From: Vicugna vicugna
Taxonomy: Eukaryota
Reading direction: 5' to 3'
Assembly (NCBI GenBank): GCA_013265495.1
Contig: MU058384.1
Location: 4,832,792-4,896,791 of the forward strand
Length of the DNA stretch: 64,000 nt
Of this stretch, positions 49,601-61,800 are shown piece after piece; the first letter of the stretch is position 1; every line of letters begins with the position of its first letter. Made by a program: the position numbers and the translations under genes. The notes under the pieces were generated by a model that saw only the letters and a program-made list of their open reading frames with translations, was not told the origin of the DNA and searched no databases.

Positions 49601-52600
49601 TATTGAAATCTCCAACTAATATTGTAGGCTACTTTTTTTCTTCTTGTAGTTCTGTTAGTTTTTTGTCATGTATTTTGAAACTCTTTATTAGGTACCCATA
49701 TATTTGGGACTGTTACGTCCTCTTGAAGTGTTAACACCCTTATTATTAAATAAGCCTGCTGTCCTATATTTTGGGTCATGTCCTCTGTTTTAAAATCTCT
49801 TTTGTTTAATATTGGTAAAGTCATTCCAGTATTCTTTTGGTAGTATTGGAATGGTACATATTTTTCATATGTGAAAATACAAGTAGGTTAAAAAAAGTAT
49901 TTTTTAAAGGCAGCATATTTGAGTTAATGTTTTTTTATTCACTGTGACCATCATTACCTTTTAACTAAGGTAACTAGATAAACATTTACATTTAATATAA
50001 TTGTTTTTTATATTTCTATATTTTGTATATTATTTATATATTTATATAATATAATTGAATTTTAGCCATCATACAGCTTTTTGTTTCCTGTTTCATTAAT
50101 TCTTTGTTTCCTGTTTTCATCTTTATGTGCTTTGTTTTAGATTGAATATCTTTTATACATTTTATCTTGTTTAGTTTCTTAGTTTACTGTCTATGACTCT
50201 GTTTCTATTTTAGTGATTCCATTAGGGTTTATAATACAAACCTTATCACACAGTATATCCTCAAGAGATTTAAAATAGCGTTTCTTCCCTCCTGACCTTC
50301 ATGCTTCTGTAGTCATATGTTATAAACCCCTCACTAGATTGTTATTTTTGCCTACATTGTTATCTTTTGGCGAGGTTGAATAATAAGAAAAATTTTACAT
50401 GATGGCACATTTCATTGCCATTTTCAGTGTTTTTCATTTTTTTGTGTAGATCCGTATTTCCATCTTCTACAGTTTTCCTTCTGCCTGAAGGATTTCCTTT
50501 GACATTCCTTGTAGTGCAGTTTCTTGTCAGTTAGCTGAAAATGGATGCCTTCACTTTTTGCATGTCTGCAAAGGACTATTTCACCTTTGTTTTTGAAAAC
50601 CGTTTTCATTTGGTGTACAATTTTGCATGGAAAGATTTGCATTTGTTTCTTCCTGGTACATTAAAGATGTTGTTCCACTGTCTTCTCACTTGCAGTTTTT
50701 TCCAACAAGAAATAGGCTATTATGCTTATCTGCATTCCACAGTGCATAACATGGTTTCCCCTACTTTGGCTACTTTAAGATTTCTCTTAATCACTGGTTT
50801 TGAGCAATTTTATTATGATGTGCCTTGTTGTAATTTTCTTCATATTTCTTGTGCTGGGGGTTGGCTGGGCTTGGTTTATAACTTTTACCAAATGTTGAAA
50901 CATTTTAGACCATTTTTTTTCTTCTACTTTTTTTTCTGTACCCCAATGTTTCTTCTCTCCTTTGAAGATTCCAATTACACAAATATTAGGCCGTTTGAAG
51001 GTGTCCCACAGCTCACTGATATTTTATCTTTTATTTCTTTTTTTTCCTCTGTGAACTTCATCTCGCAAGTTTCTGTTGCTGCCTTCAGGTTATCTCATCT
51101 TTTCTCTGCAGTGTCTAATCTGCCTTTAATCTCATCTAGTATATTTTTCACCTCAGACATTTTAGTTTTCATCTCTGAAAGTTCAGTTTGGGCTTCTAGG
51201 TATCTCTCATATGTCTGTTAACCTTTGGAGCAGGTGGAGGAATATAGTTATCTTTTACTGTCTTTGATCATTTTAACATCTGGGTCAGTTCTGGGTCAGT
51301 TTCAGGGGGTTTTTTTGGGGTTTTTTTTTTGTTTTTTTATGTCCTCATCATGGGTTGTATTTTCCTATTTCATTGCATCCCTAGTAAATTTTTGCTGGAT
51401 GCCACACATTGAAAATTTTATCTATTGGTTGCTAGATATTTTTGTATTCCTATGAATATTCTTAAGCTCTGTTCTAGAATGTAGTTAAGCTTCTTCAAAA
51501 AAATTTGATCCTTTCAGGTCTTGCTTTTAAGATTTGTTAGGTGGGACTCAAACGGCATTTAGTCCAAGGCTAATTTTTCCTTACTACTGGTACAAATCCC
51601 TTTTGAGTATTCTACCCAATGCCCTCTGAGTTGTAAGATTTTCCATCCTGGCTGATGGGAATAGGTACTGTCCCTGCCCTCAGGAAATTTCCTCAGATGT
51701 GTATGCTTGTCTCTACGCTGCTGAGTACTTGAAGAGAACCCCTTGCAGGTCTTCAAGTTCTCCCACTACAAAGCTCTCTCCTTTCTCTCACTCTGTGAAC
51801 TGTAGCCTCCTTGTGTCTCCTCAGACTCCTAGCTCTCACTCAGGGAGTCCTCCAGGCTCCACACAGTTTCTTCTCCCTCTGCTGTGGCCTGGAAACTCTC
51901 AGGACAATAAGCCGGGCAGATGTAGGGCTCATCTCATTTGTTTGCCATTTCTTGGGTATCAGTTTCTTTTATTTCCTGTGATTCACTACCTTGAAAATTG
52001 TTTCACATATTTTGTCTAATTTTTTGCCGGTTTTAGGTGAGCAGTAAATCTAATTCCTGTTACTCCATCTTAGATGCAAGCAAAAATCCAGATGTTGTAT
52101 TTTTCAGGGTAGTTTTCTGTTAGATTGTATGTATGTTATGAGAGAAAAAGAATGGAGAGGATCACACAGTCTGATTTTTCTGCAGTAGTCAGGGAAACCC
52201 AAAGATGTAAGATAACATTTATGTCTTAAAAACTATGTAGATACAGAATGAACAAAAAGAGAAGGACTTAGAAGTCAGAAGGATGGCAGGAGCTAAGGCA
52301 CAAAAGCATGGACATGCCTGAAATACCCTGAGGCCAGCAGGTATGTCTAGAACAGGGCAGTATAGGACCACAGAGCAAAAAAATATTTTTTTTTAAATTG
52401 GGCCTGCCAGCAAGATCCATTGTGAATAATTTTACCCATTGCCCAAATATAAAAGGATTTCGCTTAAATATAGATTTCTGACTTCTTTTGAAGTTCTGGA
52501 CGACAGCTGCACCTTCTTCCACTACATCCCTCCACTGGAGCTGAGCTAGTGGGTTGCCTTCCTTAGATGAATTGTCCACTCCCCAGTTTGCCAGGGTCTT

Positions 52601-52863
52601 TTTGTATCATCCCTGGCTTGCATCCCTAGTTCTCCTTGTTACTCTGGCATCCACAGACTTTTGCATTTTTATTTTAATGCTAGAGCATAGATTCCCTGGA
52701 GAAAGATTGAGAGTTATTCGTGCTTTTTGTTTCAGAGCTCATACTTTCCTTTCTCTCTCATCATTCTCCTCCTTTCTAAATATATGTTATTCGTTCGTTC
52801 TTCTTTGTGATTTCTGATCATTTCCTTCTCAGTCATCATTTTCCTGGCTTGTTCGTCTCCACG

Positions 52864-53244
52864 GCAGTCTTCTCAGGCTGCCGTAACAGTACTATAGACT
52901 GCGGGGCTTAAACAAAAGAAACTTTTTTTTTCCATGGGTCTAGAGGCTGGAACTTCAAGATCAAGGGTCAAACAGGGTTGATTTCTGGTGAGGCCCCTCA
53001 TCCCGGCTTGCAGATGGCCACCTTCTTGCTGTGTCCTCACATGGCCTTTCCTCTGTACATGTGCGGAGAGAAAGCGCTCTCTGGTGTTTCTTCTTCTTAT
53101 AAGGACACCAGTTCTGTGGCTTAGGACCTCACCCTCATGGCCTCATTTGACCTTAATTTCCTCCTTAAAGGCCCAGTCTCCAGATATATTTGCTCTGGGT
53201 GTTAGGGCTTCAGCCTGTGAAAGAACACAGTTCAGTCCACAGCA
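52864..53244 (-). mobile_element. MLT1A/B-like solo LTR
   Basis: caggctgccgtaacagtactatagactg...ggcttaaac...cttataaggacaccagt...gggtgttagggcttca...ttcagtccacagca. Confidence 0.88.
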
Positions 53245-53928
53245 GTCACTGTTCAGTCCTACTTATTGCTTGATTTTGAAATCCTTATACCTGTTTCAGT
53301 CTTTGTTTTCTCTATTTTGATGTCTGCCACCATTCCTGGACATCTTAGAAAGGAGACACTGCCTTCTGTTCTTTGAATTTCCCTTTTTTCATTGTTCTTG
53401 CATTTTACTTTTTCTAACATAAATTTCATTACCACACACTCATCCACAAAATATTTGTTTTGTATTTTACTGTTCAACCATTGGGAAAACAGTATTCCCT
53501 ATCCCACAGTTCAGAATACCACTGTTTTCTTTTGCATAAACTTCCTCACCCCTTTCTTTGTCATTAAGGAATTTTCTGTACTTTTATACACACACAGAAA
53601 TTTTCCTATTTAATTTGATAAAATCTTTCCGATTTTTCCCAGGCAGCTAATATTTTTCTGAGACAAGTAAAATTTTATTCTTGCCCCTTCATACAGTAAA
53701 AGAGGAGTTCAGACAGCCAAGGGTTATGTCTCCACATTATTTTCAGCAACTCCCTGTTCTCTCACCCACATAGTAATCACTCGTGTGGTCTGTTGAATGT
53801 GTTTCCCTCAGATCTTCCCATTTATCTCCCCGTTTTATTCCCACTGCCACTTCCCTAAGTCAAAGCCTCATCCGAGCTGTGGCAGCAGCTCTCTTATGGC
53901 TCCTTGTCTCCCGTCTTCCCTGCTGCAG

Positions 53929-54031
53929 TTCTGAGGTGGGCAGAGAGCAGAGCCGGGAGGACCGAGGACACATCACGGACATGCAGGTGAAGAAGAACGA
54001 GCAGACTGGCCGAAAAGTCACCCTCATAGAG
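53929..54031 (+). CDS. AHI1: AHI1 last amino-acid-coding exon (103 nt)
   Basis: ctgcag|T...GAG|gtaaga. Translates (H)[34 protein letters not shown], similar to the human C-terminus [35 protein letters not shown]. Confidence 0.93.
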
Positions 54032-54230
54032 GTAAGAGGAAAGCCAGGAGAAGGTCACGTCACGGAGTCAATGGGAAGAGATTTAGGAAAGGTGTGGTCA
54101 ACAACGACAAACGCCAAAGAGAACAGAAGTAAAACACAGACTGAAAAATGCCTTTAGGATTTGCACCCAAAAGGCCATCTGTGACCTGGAAGAGGGTGGT
54201 TTTGATGTGGCGTCCTGGGAACATGAGTGA
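54032..54230 (-). mobile_element. Antisense L2 fragment starting at the AHI1 donor
   Basis: gaggaaagccaggaga..gtcacggag.caa.ggga...gtggtcaaca...gactgaaaaatgcc.t.ggatttg...gtgacct resembles recalled antisense L2 consensus. Confidence 0.65.
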
Positions 54231-56363
54231 GTCAGGTTGTCTCCAGATAAAGGCTACTCCTTCAAGCTGTGTTTTAAAAATAGAAGGAAAAAATTCATTT
54301 TCTATTAAGAGTTGATTAAATTATGAAACATTTATATACTAGAATATACCATGTGACTATTATTTATTACATTATAGAAGTATTTTCATAGACATGGAAA
54401 GATCTGTGATAAATTTTTAAGGAAAAGATGACTATAAAATAGTTTATATATATATCATACATGTAAAATATTGAACAATATGCATCAAAAAATGTCAGTA
54501 GTTATCTCCAAGTGGTGGAATTGTGGTTTTTTTCTTCATTTTACTTCGTGTATTTTCTAATTTTTCTACTCAACATGTATTGATGTATATATACTGCTTG
54601 ATCTTTTCTTTTGAAACAAAAGTAATTTCAAAAATTTTCTAATATAGCCCATTCTTTCTACATTTAAAGAAATAAGCATCTCAGAGTCAGAGTTAAGAAG
54701 TACCGGAACTAGGACTTGATCTCCTGGCCCCAAGGTCAGGGTTATTTCTGTTACACAGTGCTCTGCCTCCTTATTCTGATTAAATGAGAAGTGCTTGTGG
54801 AGAGGCTGTAACATTGTCACATTTTTTTCCCACAGGACTTAGCCTGGTGTCTGGCCCCATAGCAGACCTTCAGGGAATACTTACGGGATTGAATTTCCTG
54901 TGGGGCAGGGCCCAGTACTTCTATGAATCTTAATTTTCGCGCATAACGTACCCACCAACACTAGCTTGGTTTCATATTCATTTTCAAAATCTTGCTATGA
55001 GATTTCCCTTTCTCTTTTCATATGATTTGCTCTAAAGGCCCTCCCTCTGTTCCTCTCTCCCTCTGTCCTGTTACGGGGATGCTTTATGAGGAGATGCTGC
55101 AGAGAAAGCCAGGATTCGCATTCCTTCTGGCGTCCTGGTTAGAGGACACCTAGCCTGCCCTCTTCAGCAGACCTCCGCCGTCTCTTAGCTGCTCCATCCC
55201 TGCGCCGTCAGCGTCCATCATCGTGGGTTGTGCCATCCTCACTTATCCCTGTGGTCAGAAGGGGGCTGCTCCTTGTCCGAGGTGTATGCTTGACCGTCTG
55301 TTCTCCTTTTCCTTTCATTCTGCCCCTTTTCTGCCTTTCCTGGGCAGTCTTTGTCATTCTCTATCCTTCCTCTCCTTAATTTGATTCATTTCCCTTGAAT
55401 ATGTTATCTTTACTGCCTACTCTAGCTTTTTCTAGTTAAGTTTCTCTTCGAGTTCCCTCTCCTTACTTCTCACAACACATCCTCTGTCTGATCAATTCAA
55501 CCTGACCCACTGTCTCGGGCAGGGTCCATCTCACTGTCTCCAGCTGTCATCCCCTCCCCCTCCTTCACCTTACTGTTTCTCTTCCTTGTTTTTGTCCTGC
55601 GGCTGTCCTGCACCCTTCCTCTCACTGCTTCGCCCCGTTATCCCTCTGAGGTCTCCACCTGCCCCACTGCCCCTGCAGGGGTTCCCACAGTCTCCTGGTG
55701 GCTCGTGCCCCTCATCCACTGGTGCCTTTTTGCCTCTTCCCCATCTTTTTGCCTCTTCCCCATCTTTATTAGACTCTCATTTTAGGCAAGTTTTCTGTAC
55801 TTCACTTGCACATACACCAGGACAGAAGTGACACCCTTTTATGCCCCCAGTGCGATTGTGCTTCAGCACACTGTGTCTCTCCCATTTTACACTCTACCTC
55901 AGGTGCTGTTGTGAGCATGCTCACTTGAAACATTGTGGAGCTTCTGTGTATAACACTGGTTAAACAAATTTAAAATTAAGAATCATGGACTGACAGAGGA
56001 TGTTTTTTCCCCTCAATGTGTAACTGTTTTCCACATGAAAAGGTAGTCCAACCATTTGTTTCAGATTGGGCCCATTCCTGAAAGCATAGGTGCTCCCTAA
56101 CCCTCCTGTTTAGGGTCAGGAAATGGTTATGAGCACATCCCCCTTTGCCATAACGCACTAGCCTCTGCTTTTCTCATGAGTGATCACTGAAACTCACCCC
56201 TACCTAACGAGATTACCATCACCCTTAGGCTGAAGTTTGTTTTCTAAGAGCAACCAGATGTTAAGTCCTTTCTATTTAGAGGAAAGACAGCAGCAGTGTT
56301 GTGTAAGTCCAGGTACTCACCACTGATACGTGAGTAACTACATTACAAAACGTCAGGTTCGAG

Positions 56364-56401
56364 GCGTTGGTGGTATAGTGGTGAGCATAGCTGCCTTCCA
56401 A
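56364..56401 (+). pseudogene. 5'-half tRNA-Gly(TCC) tailless retropseudogene
   Basis: GCGTTGGTGGTATAGTGGTGAGCATAGCTGCCTTCCAA is the first 38 nt of tRNA-Gly-TCC, ending at the anticodon loop. Flanked by the direct repeat CAAAACGTCAGGTTC at 56346-56360 and 56399-56413. Confidence 0.93.
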
Positions 56402-57142
56402 AACGTCAGGTTCAGCCCCTGCTCTATCACCCTCTGGTTGGATTTAACCATGTGGTCTCTAAAGAAACAGCTTCTTGTTTCTTCTGCTGATTGGTTGTTG
56501 ACTTTTATTAATGGTTTAAATTGTTTTATTTCAAAGCTGCATCTAGATACATGGTTAGCCATCACTCTCCTCGTCAATCAGAAATGACACCCACCATTTT
56601 TTGGATTTATTTGAAAAGCTGTAATAGTTAACCCACTTGGAGAAGTAGACACAGCCGTGGAGTAAATGAAAGAGTGTTGTTTAATAACGTGCTGCTTTCC
56701 AGTTACTAACCCTGAAGCATCATCCATGACAATTTTTTTTTCCAGTGAATGAAGAACTTCATAAACTCTGATTGCCTACACTTAACTTCTGGAAGCTACC
56801 CAGGGTTTGCAATGCTTAGTGTCTGTATTTGAGAAATGTATTTCTTTTTTGCTTGTATTAACCAGTCATTGGTGGAGCAAGCCGTAAGCAACTGCTGGTC
56901 CTGCTAAAGGTGTTAACAGTATGTTTAAGAGGCAAACTAGAAGTGAATTCTGGAAGTTCAGCTAGCTAAACTAGAAGTATGTTCAAGAAGGCAGGTTAAT
57001 ATTTTGGTCCTATTTGGTTGTGTGTGTCTGTTGCACAGTGTGTTTTTCACCTGTGCTGTTGCCTGGGCATGCCAACATTTGTTGTGGCCAAAAGACATTG
57101 TTTTGGTTTATTTAGAACATTTTTGTATCATTTTTCTCCTAG

Positions 57143-57145
57143 TAA
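57143..57145 (+). CDS. AHI1: AHI1 stop codon (TAA), first three bases of the terminal exon
   Basis: Acceptor catttttctcctag|TAAAGAG after a phase-0 donor at 54031. The human protein also ends ...VTLIE. Confidence 0.85.
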   Translation, partial: 

Positions 57146-58870
57146 AGAGTTAAAGAAGAATGATGAGAGAAAGAACCAAAAACACAGAAATGAAATGACA
57201 AATTAAACCAAATGGAATTTCTCTTCAGAATTTAGAAATTTCAGATGGCCAGGGAGAAAGAAAGGATCCACTACTTCTTATGCTTATGAAAGAATCTAGA
57301 AAAATCAGCAAGGTATGTGTGGAAAAATAAATGTTGCCTTTTGAGCTTAATAGTTATAAACCATTGTGTTTGTTGTTGATCGAAGTATTGGTAGTTGTAT
57401 TTATTAGTAATTGCATCAAAATCACATTACCATTGTTGGAAAATCAATAAAGAAAAAACTGTAATTGCTACTCAGCAAATATGAAGAAAAAGTGTTTGAA
57501 TTGTTAGGATGTCCGTTCCAAGTGATCATTTAATATTATTGTATCTATAATGTGATTATATGTGTGATGTTGTGCTCAGAATATGAAATATCTGCTATTG
57601 AAATTTAACTTTATTTAAAATTAAAAGTAAGCAGCTTCAGGATTTCGTGTATTCAAAATGGTCCCAGCAAGAAAAGCATTAAAAGTACAAATTTGTTTGT
57701 TTATAACTTGATATACATTAAAAGGTAACAAATGTGTTTGTAACTTGATACACGTAAACTAAAAGTGGCTTTTGGCTAGACTGACAACAGTGTTCCAAAC
57801 TTTTTTACTTTTTAGAACAAGCATTTTTATGTTGAAGTATTATAAGTGATTTGTTAGACTTATGCTGTTTAATATTTATTTGCTCTTAGTACTTGTTTTT
57901 AAATGTTTACATTGCATTATTTATTTCTTTAGTTCCAGAATCACAGTGTCATTACTATGTGACTATATATTTTGAAGTGTGGTGTTATAAAATAGGAAAA
58001 TTCATCTCTTTGTTTTTTACTTGACTTTTCTCCTTTCTCCACTATGTGATTATAAGCTTGTCAATATTTAACCCCAAGAAGGTCAAAACTAATATAAAAT
58101 TAGAAGACTTATTTACCAAGTAAGACAATTGATTCTATTAAAATAAGAAGTGAGAAAAACAGGGCACTGAGGTGTAAATTTTGCCCAGATGTATACCCGA
58201 TGTGAAAAGTCTTCTAGTGAAAATATATTTGACTCTTATCCCTGCACATGTTATAAAGGCATGAAAATTGGTGGTAAACAACCCCTTCTGTGTAGCGCTT
58301 GGGAGAGGGGGGTTGCCTTTGAAAGTGGAAAGTGGCACTGATGACTGCAGAAGCCCTCAGTGATCAGCACAGAGGACTGTTCTGATAGCACCAGCCTCCC
58401 CTGTTCTGGACGCGAACGTCTGTGCTTCAGGTACAGCTACACCCAGCCAGCTTGAGTCATCCTTGTACAAGCTTGTTTTTTCTGTCTTGTGAATGTACCT
58501 GATAATTAAAAAATTAAAATATGTGGCTCTCTGCAGTTTCAGCTCACAGTTTTGACATGTGTGTCGATTCTCTGATTTTTTATTTTAATTACAAAGAATT
58601 TCAAAACTTGCAGAAAGATTTTTAAATCAAGACAAGTAAAGTAATGTCAGGGGAGCTAAACATTTGCTGAGATCTCAATGTTCATATGAAAAAATAAAGG
58701 GTTATTTTTATGTTGCAACTACTAAAGACAAAAATAACATTTGACACAAATAACCAAGTAAAGTGGTTTCTACTCAGAGCCCGTTTCTTTTCTTTTTTGT
58801 CCTGTTGACAAAACAAGACTTGCGTTATGTTTGTGAATAGATTAATAAAATATCTTCATCACACTTTCCA
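57146..58870 (+). other. AHI1: AHI1 3' UTR (end approximate)
   Basis: AT-rich, repeat-poor sequence after the stop, with AATAAA at 57326, 57446, 58693 and 58844. The distal end is inferred from the 58844 signal. Confidence 0.6.
58844..58849 (+). terminator. Candidate distal polyadenylation signal AATAAA
   Basis: attAATAAAatatcttcatcacac about 1.7 kb after the stop, followed by a G/T-rich stretch. Confidence 0.5.
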
Positions 58871-61800
58871 AGATGGGTTGGGGTGGGGAGGATCAAAACT
58901 GCCCTCCAAGTAATAAGTCCAAATTCTGATCAGGCCAAGAAATCAGACACAAGAATCCATTTGAAGATGTATAATGCTACCTATTTACTTAGCAATAAAT
59001 TATTTTCTGTATTTTATCTTTATTCTGAAATTATTGAATTTTATCTCTTTTTATGAAGTCTCTTATCTCCAAGCAAGTTAACAATTTGACACTATCTTTT
59101 CTAGATATAATAATATCATTCTTTCATATTTATTTCCCAATTATGGATTCTACTCTATCTTAAAGTTTCTTCATTATCAAAACTATGCAATGAATAGAAT
59201 TTACTAAGCTAGAATAAAAATCAAGTTTTAAAAAGATTTAATACCATGAATGCAAATTTGTTTAAAATGCACATTTTAAATATGAAATCAGAATTTTCAA
59301 ATGGCTAACACTTGGTACTTCTGAAGCCTTGTGTAAGGTTTCTTTTTCATTAAAAAAAAAAACCCCACACTTAAACTTAATTTCATTTTTCATTTACAGT
59401 AAAGTTTTATTAAAGAAGGACATTTTCTCTTTAGGTAATTCAGCAAGAGTCTATCTGGGAAATAATTTACCACTTTATAGCCCACTCATGACCTTATACT
59501 TCTATACACATTTAAATGATTTCCATCTGAGGTCCTTATCTGTTAAGTAGATTATGGGAACATTTATCACCTATCCACCTTTTTAAAGCTCTGTGTTAGT
59601 TGATTTCTACCTCATTGAACTTAGCTACAGAAGAGAGTCCACAAGTCTTCTTCACTTTATGTACATGAACCATTTTCTCTTCGTTTCAAACCCATGAGAT
59701 ACATAAAATGTTCCCTGCCGCAAATAAGGAAACCAGGGCTTTGAAGGTTAAATGACTCATCCAAGTGCGCATGGTCAGTAACCATGTTGCTCGTTGTCCA
59801 TGGAGGTTTGTCAGGCTCCGCTGGGAGGTCTTGAAGGGCCCCAACTCAGGTGCGGGGCAGAGGGAACCAGTAACACCTGGAGTCAGCCTCCAGCCCACGC
59901 AGGAGTGAGGAAGCGAACTGATGCACCCATGACCACCCTCAGGCCCTGGGGACATCTCATGTCCTCTGTGCTGCAGTGACCTACATAAAATGAAATACCA
60001 GGTCTGAGTAAAAATTCTTTTAACTGATAATATCTTTGCCCCATAACTGTTTTGTGAAATCTTTAATCCATACTATAATTCGTACAGTTTTTTAAGAAAT
60101 CAATTCTGTGGGATCAAACTAATACACATACAGTAACATATTATTCAAAAAATAGAAAAGGCGCCATCCCAGTCACATAGAGAAAATAAAAACATCAAGA
60201 GTCACGTCAATCAAAAGCCTCTGCTGACTGGCAAACTCAGTCTATAGATGGACCCAATTATCTGCAGGAGAACTGGATGTCAGCATCATTTAGGGTTAAC
60301 AATGGACCAGCTAGGCAAAAGCAGACAGCTACTCTCTGCAGAGACCCGGAAAGCAAACTTGGTAATGAGGCACTTCATTCATCATATCCTTCTGCTCTAA
60401 TTATTGAAGTGAATAGGAAATACTTTAAGTTAAGGCGGGAACTGGATAACATAAAAACATTTGTTTTGTAAACACAAAGAATGCTTTTTTCTAATGCTCC
60501 CCTTCAGATCTACATCAGGCATATGTTGTGAGCCCATTTTCTGAAGTTGCTCTTCTAACACTTCAAATTCATCCTGATTATGGATGAGATATTTTGATTG
60601 TCTCAAAAGGGAAGATAGAGCTGCTAAGAAGCTACAGTTTTACTGTCTACTCTTAATCTAAAGGGGAGGGGGAGTCATAAGTACATATGTAACTGCATAG
60701 CACATGGTCCCCTCTGTTACTTGTGTCAAGATGGTCCTAATGTATAGACTTCGATGTCATTTCCAAAAGCACTGAACTATCTGATTGTTATTCACTCTAG
60801 TTCATTTTTTCTTAAATCATCACTTAGATACTTAGGAAGAATTAAGAAAGAATTTGGTAGAGGAAAATGTAGGAATAGTTTATTTATACAAAGGCAACTA
60901 AGTAAACATATTCCCAGTCATTTAAAATTGCTTGGAATGAGATGATTTACTTACTGAAGTTAAGGGGGGGAGGAGTCCAAAAGGAGGAAAAAGCAAGAAC
61001 ATGAGGGAAATTTGCCAGAGCAAAAATGAATAACTGAAGCTTGTGAAAAAGCAATCATGAGACCAAAGGAAGAAGGTTCCCTGGAGAAAAAACGTGGTCG
61101 CTTCAGTTCAGTTTTTCAGTGTTTTCAACTGAGAATCAGTAGTTAAGTTTTTTTTTTTTTCTGTTTAATTTGTTCACAGGACCGTTTTATATAAACACTC
61201 CATACAACTTTTTTTTCTGAGCTACTGTTCTTCAGTTTTAAAGTAAATGCAAGACGGCAAAGCACGGTGATGTTTTTAACCATCCCTGCCTGTTATACAG
61301 AAGTTAATGTTCAGAAGTATCTGTAGATGCTACTTTTAGCAACTCAATAGTTCCATAGTGGTAAAGAAATGTCAGTGAAATCTATGCACTTTAAGAACAT
61401 CAAATTCTTATTATACTTATCATGTGTGCAGGCAGAGTACATAATAAACTCGTCTGTAGCAGCTGTAAATTTCTGAGGATTTATCTAACCACAAATACAT
61501 TGAAATGGGGAAATGGGGCTATATTAAACCATGCAAGATGCTGCTGGAGCTTTGCCATTTCTGCAACATCCTGTCATTAATTTCTCATGACAGGTCTGGC
61601 AAACTGAAACATCCAATACACTTGCGACAGACTGTTAGACTGTAGTTGTTGCAGATCCTGCAGTCCCATAAAGTGAAGGTAGTTTTTTCTTTCAAATGTG
61701 AATATAGAGTGTCCTGTAGCCAAAGACAGACTTGTCACTTTTTAATTTCAAAATAAAGAAGGCCTAGAATATAGAAAAGATCCTGAGCTGAGATGGAGCT

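Larger units (their letters stand above)
45325..52085 (-). mobile_element. Old near-full-length L1M remnant (ORF2, ORF1, 5' region) with nested insertions
   Basis: Minus-strand ORF2 remnant MRKYYEQLYVNKLNHLDEMDKFLERHKL (48345-48701), ORF1-like remnant FKNKGEI near 50600, and L1 5'-region motifs at 51400-52085. Confidence 0.85.

Noticed and set aside
50541..51221. Longest ORF in the track (226 aa)
   Set aside because: Antisense to decayed L1 ORF1-region sequence. The F/L-rich product reflects T-richness, not a gene.
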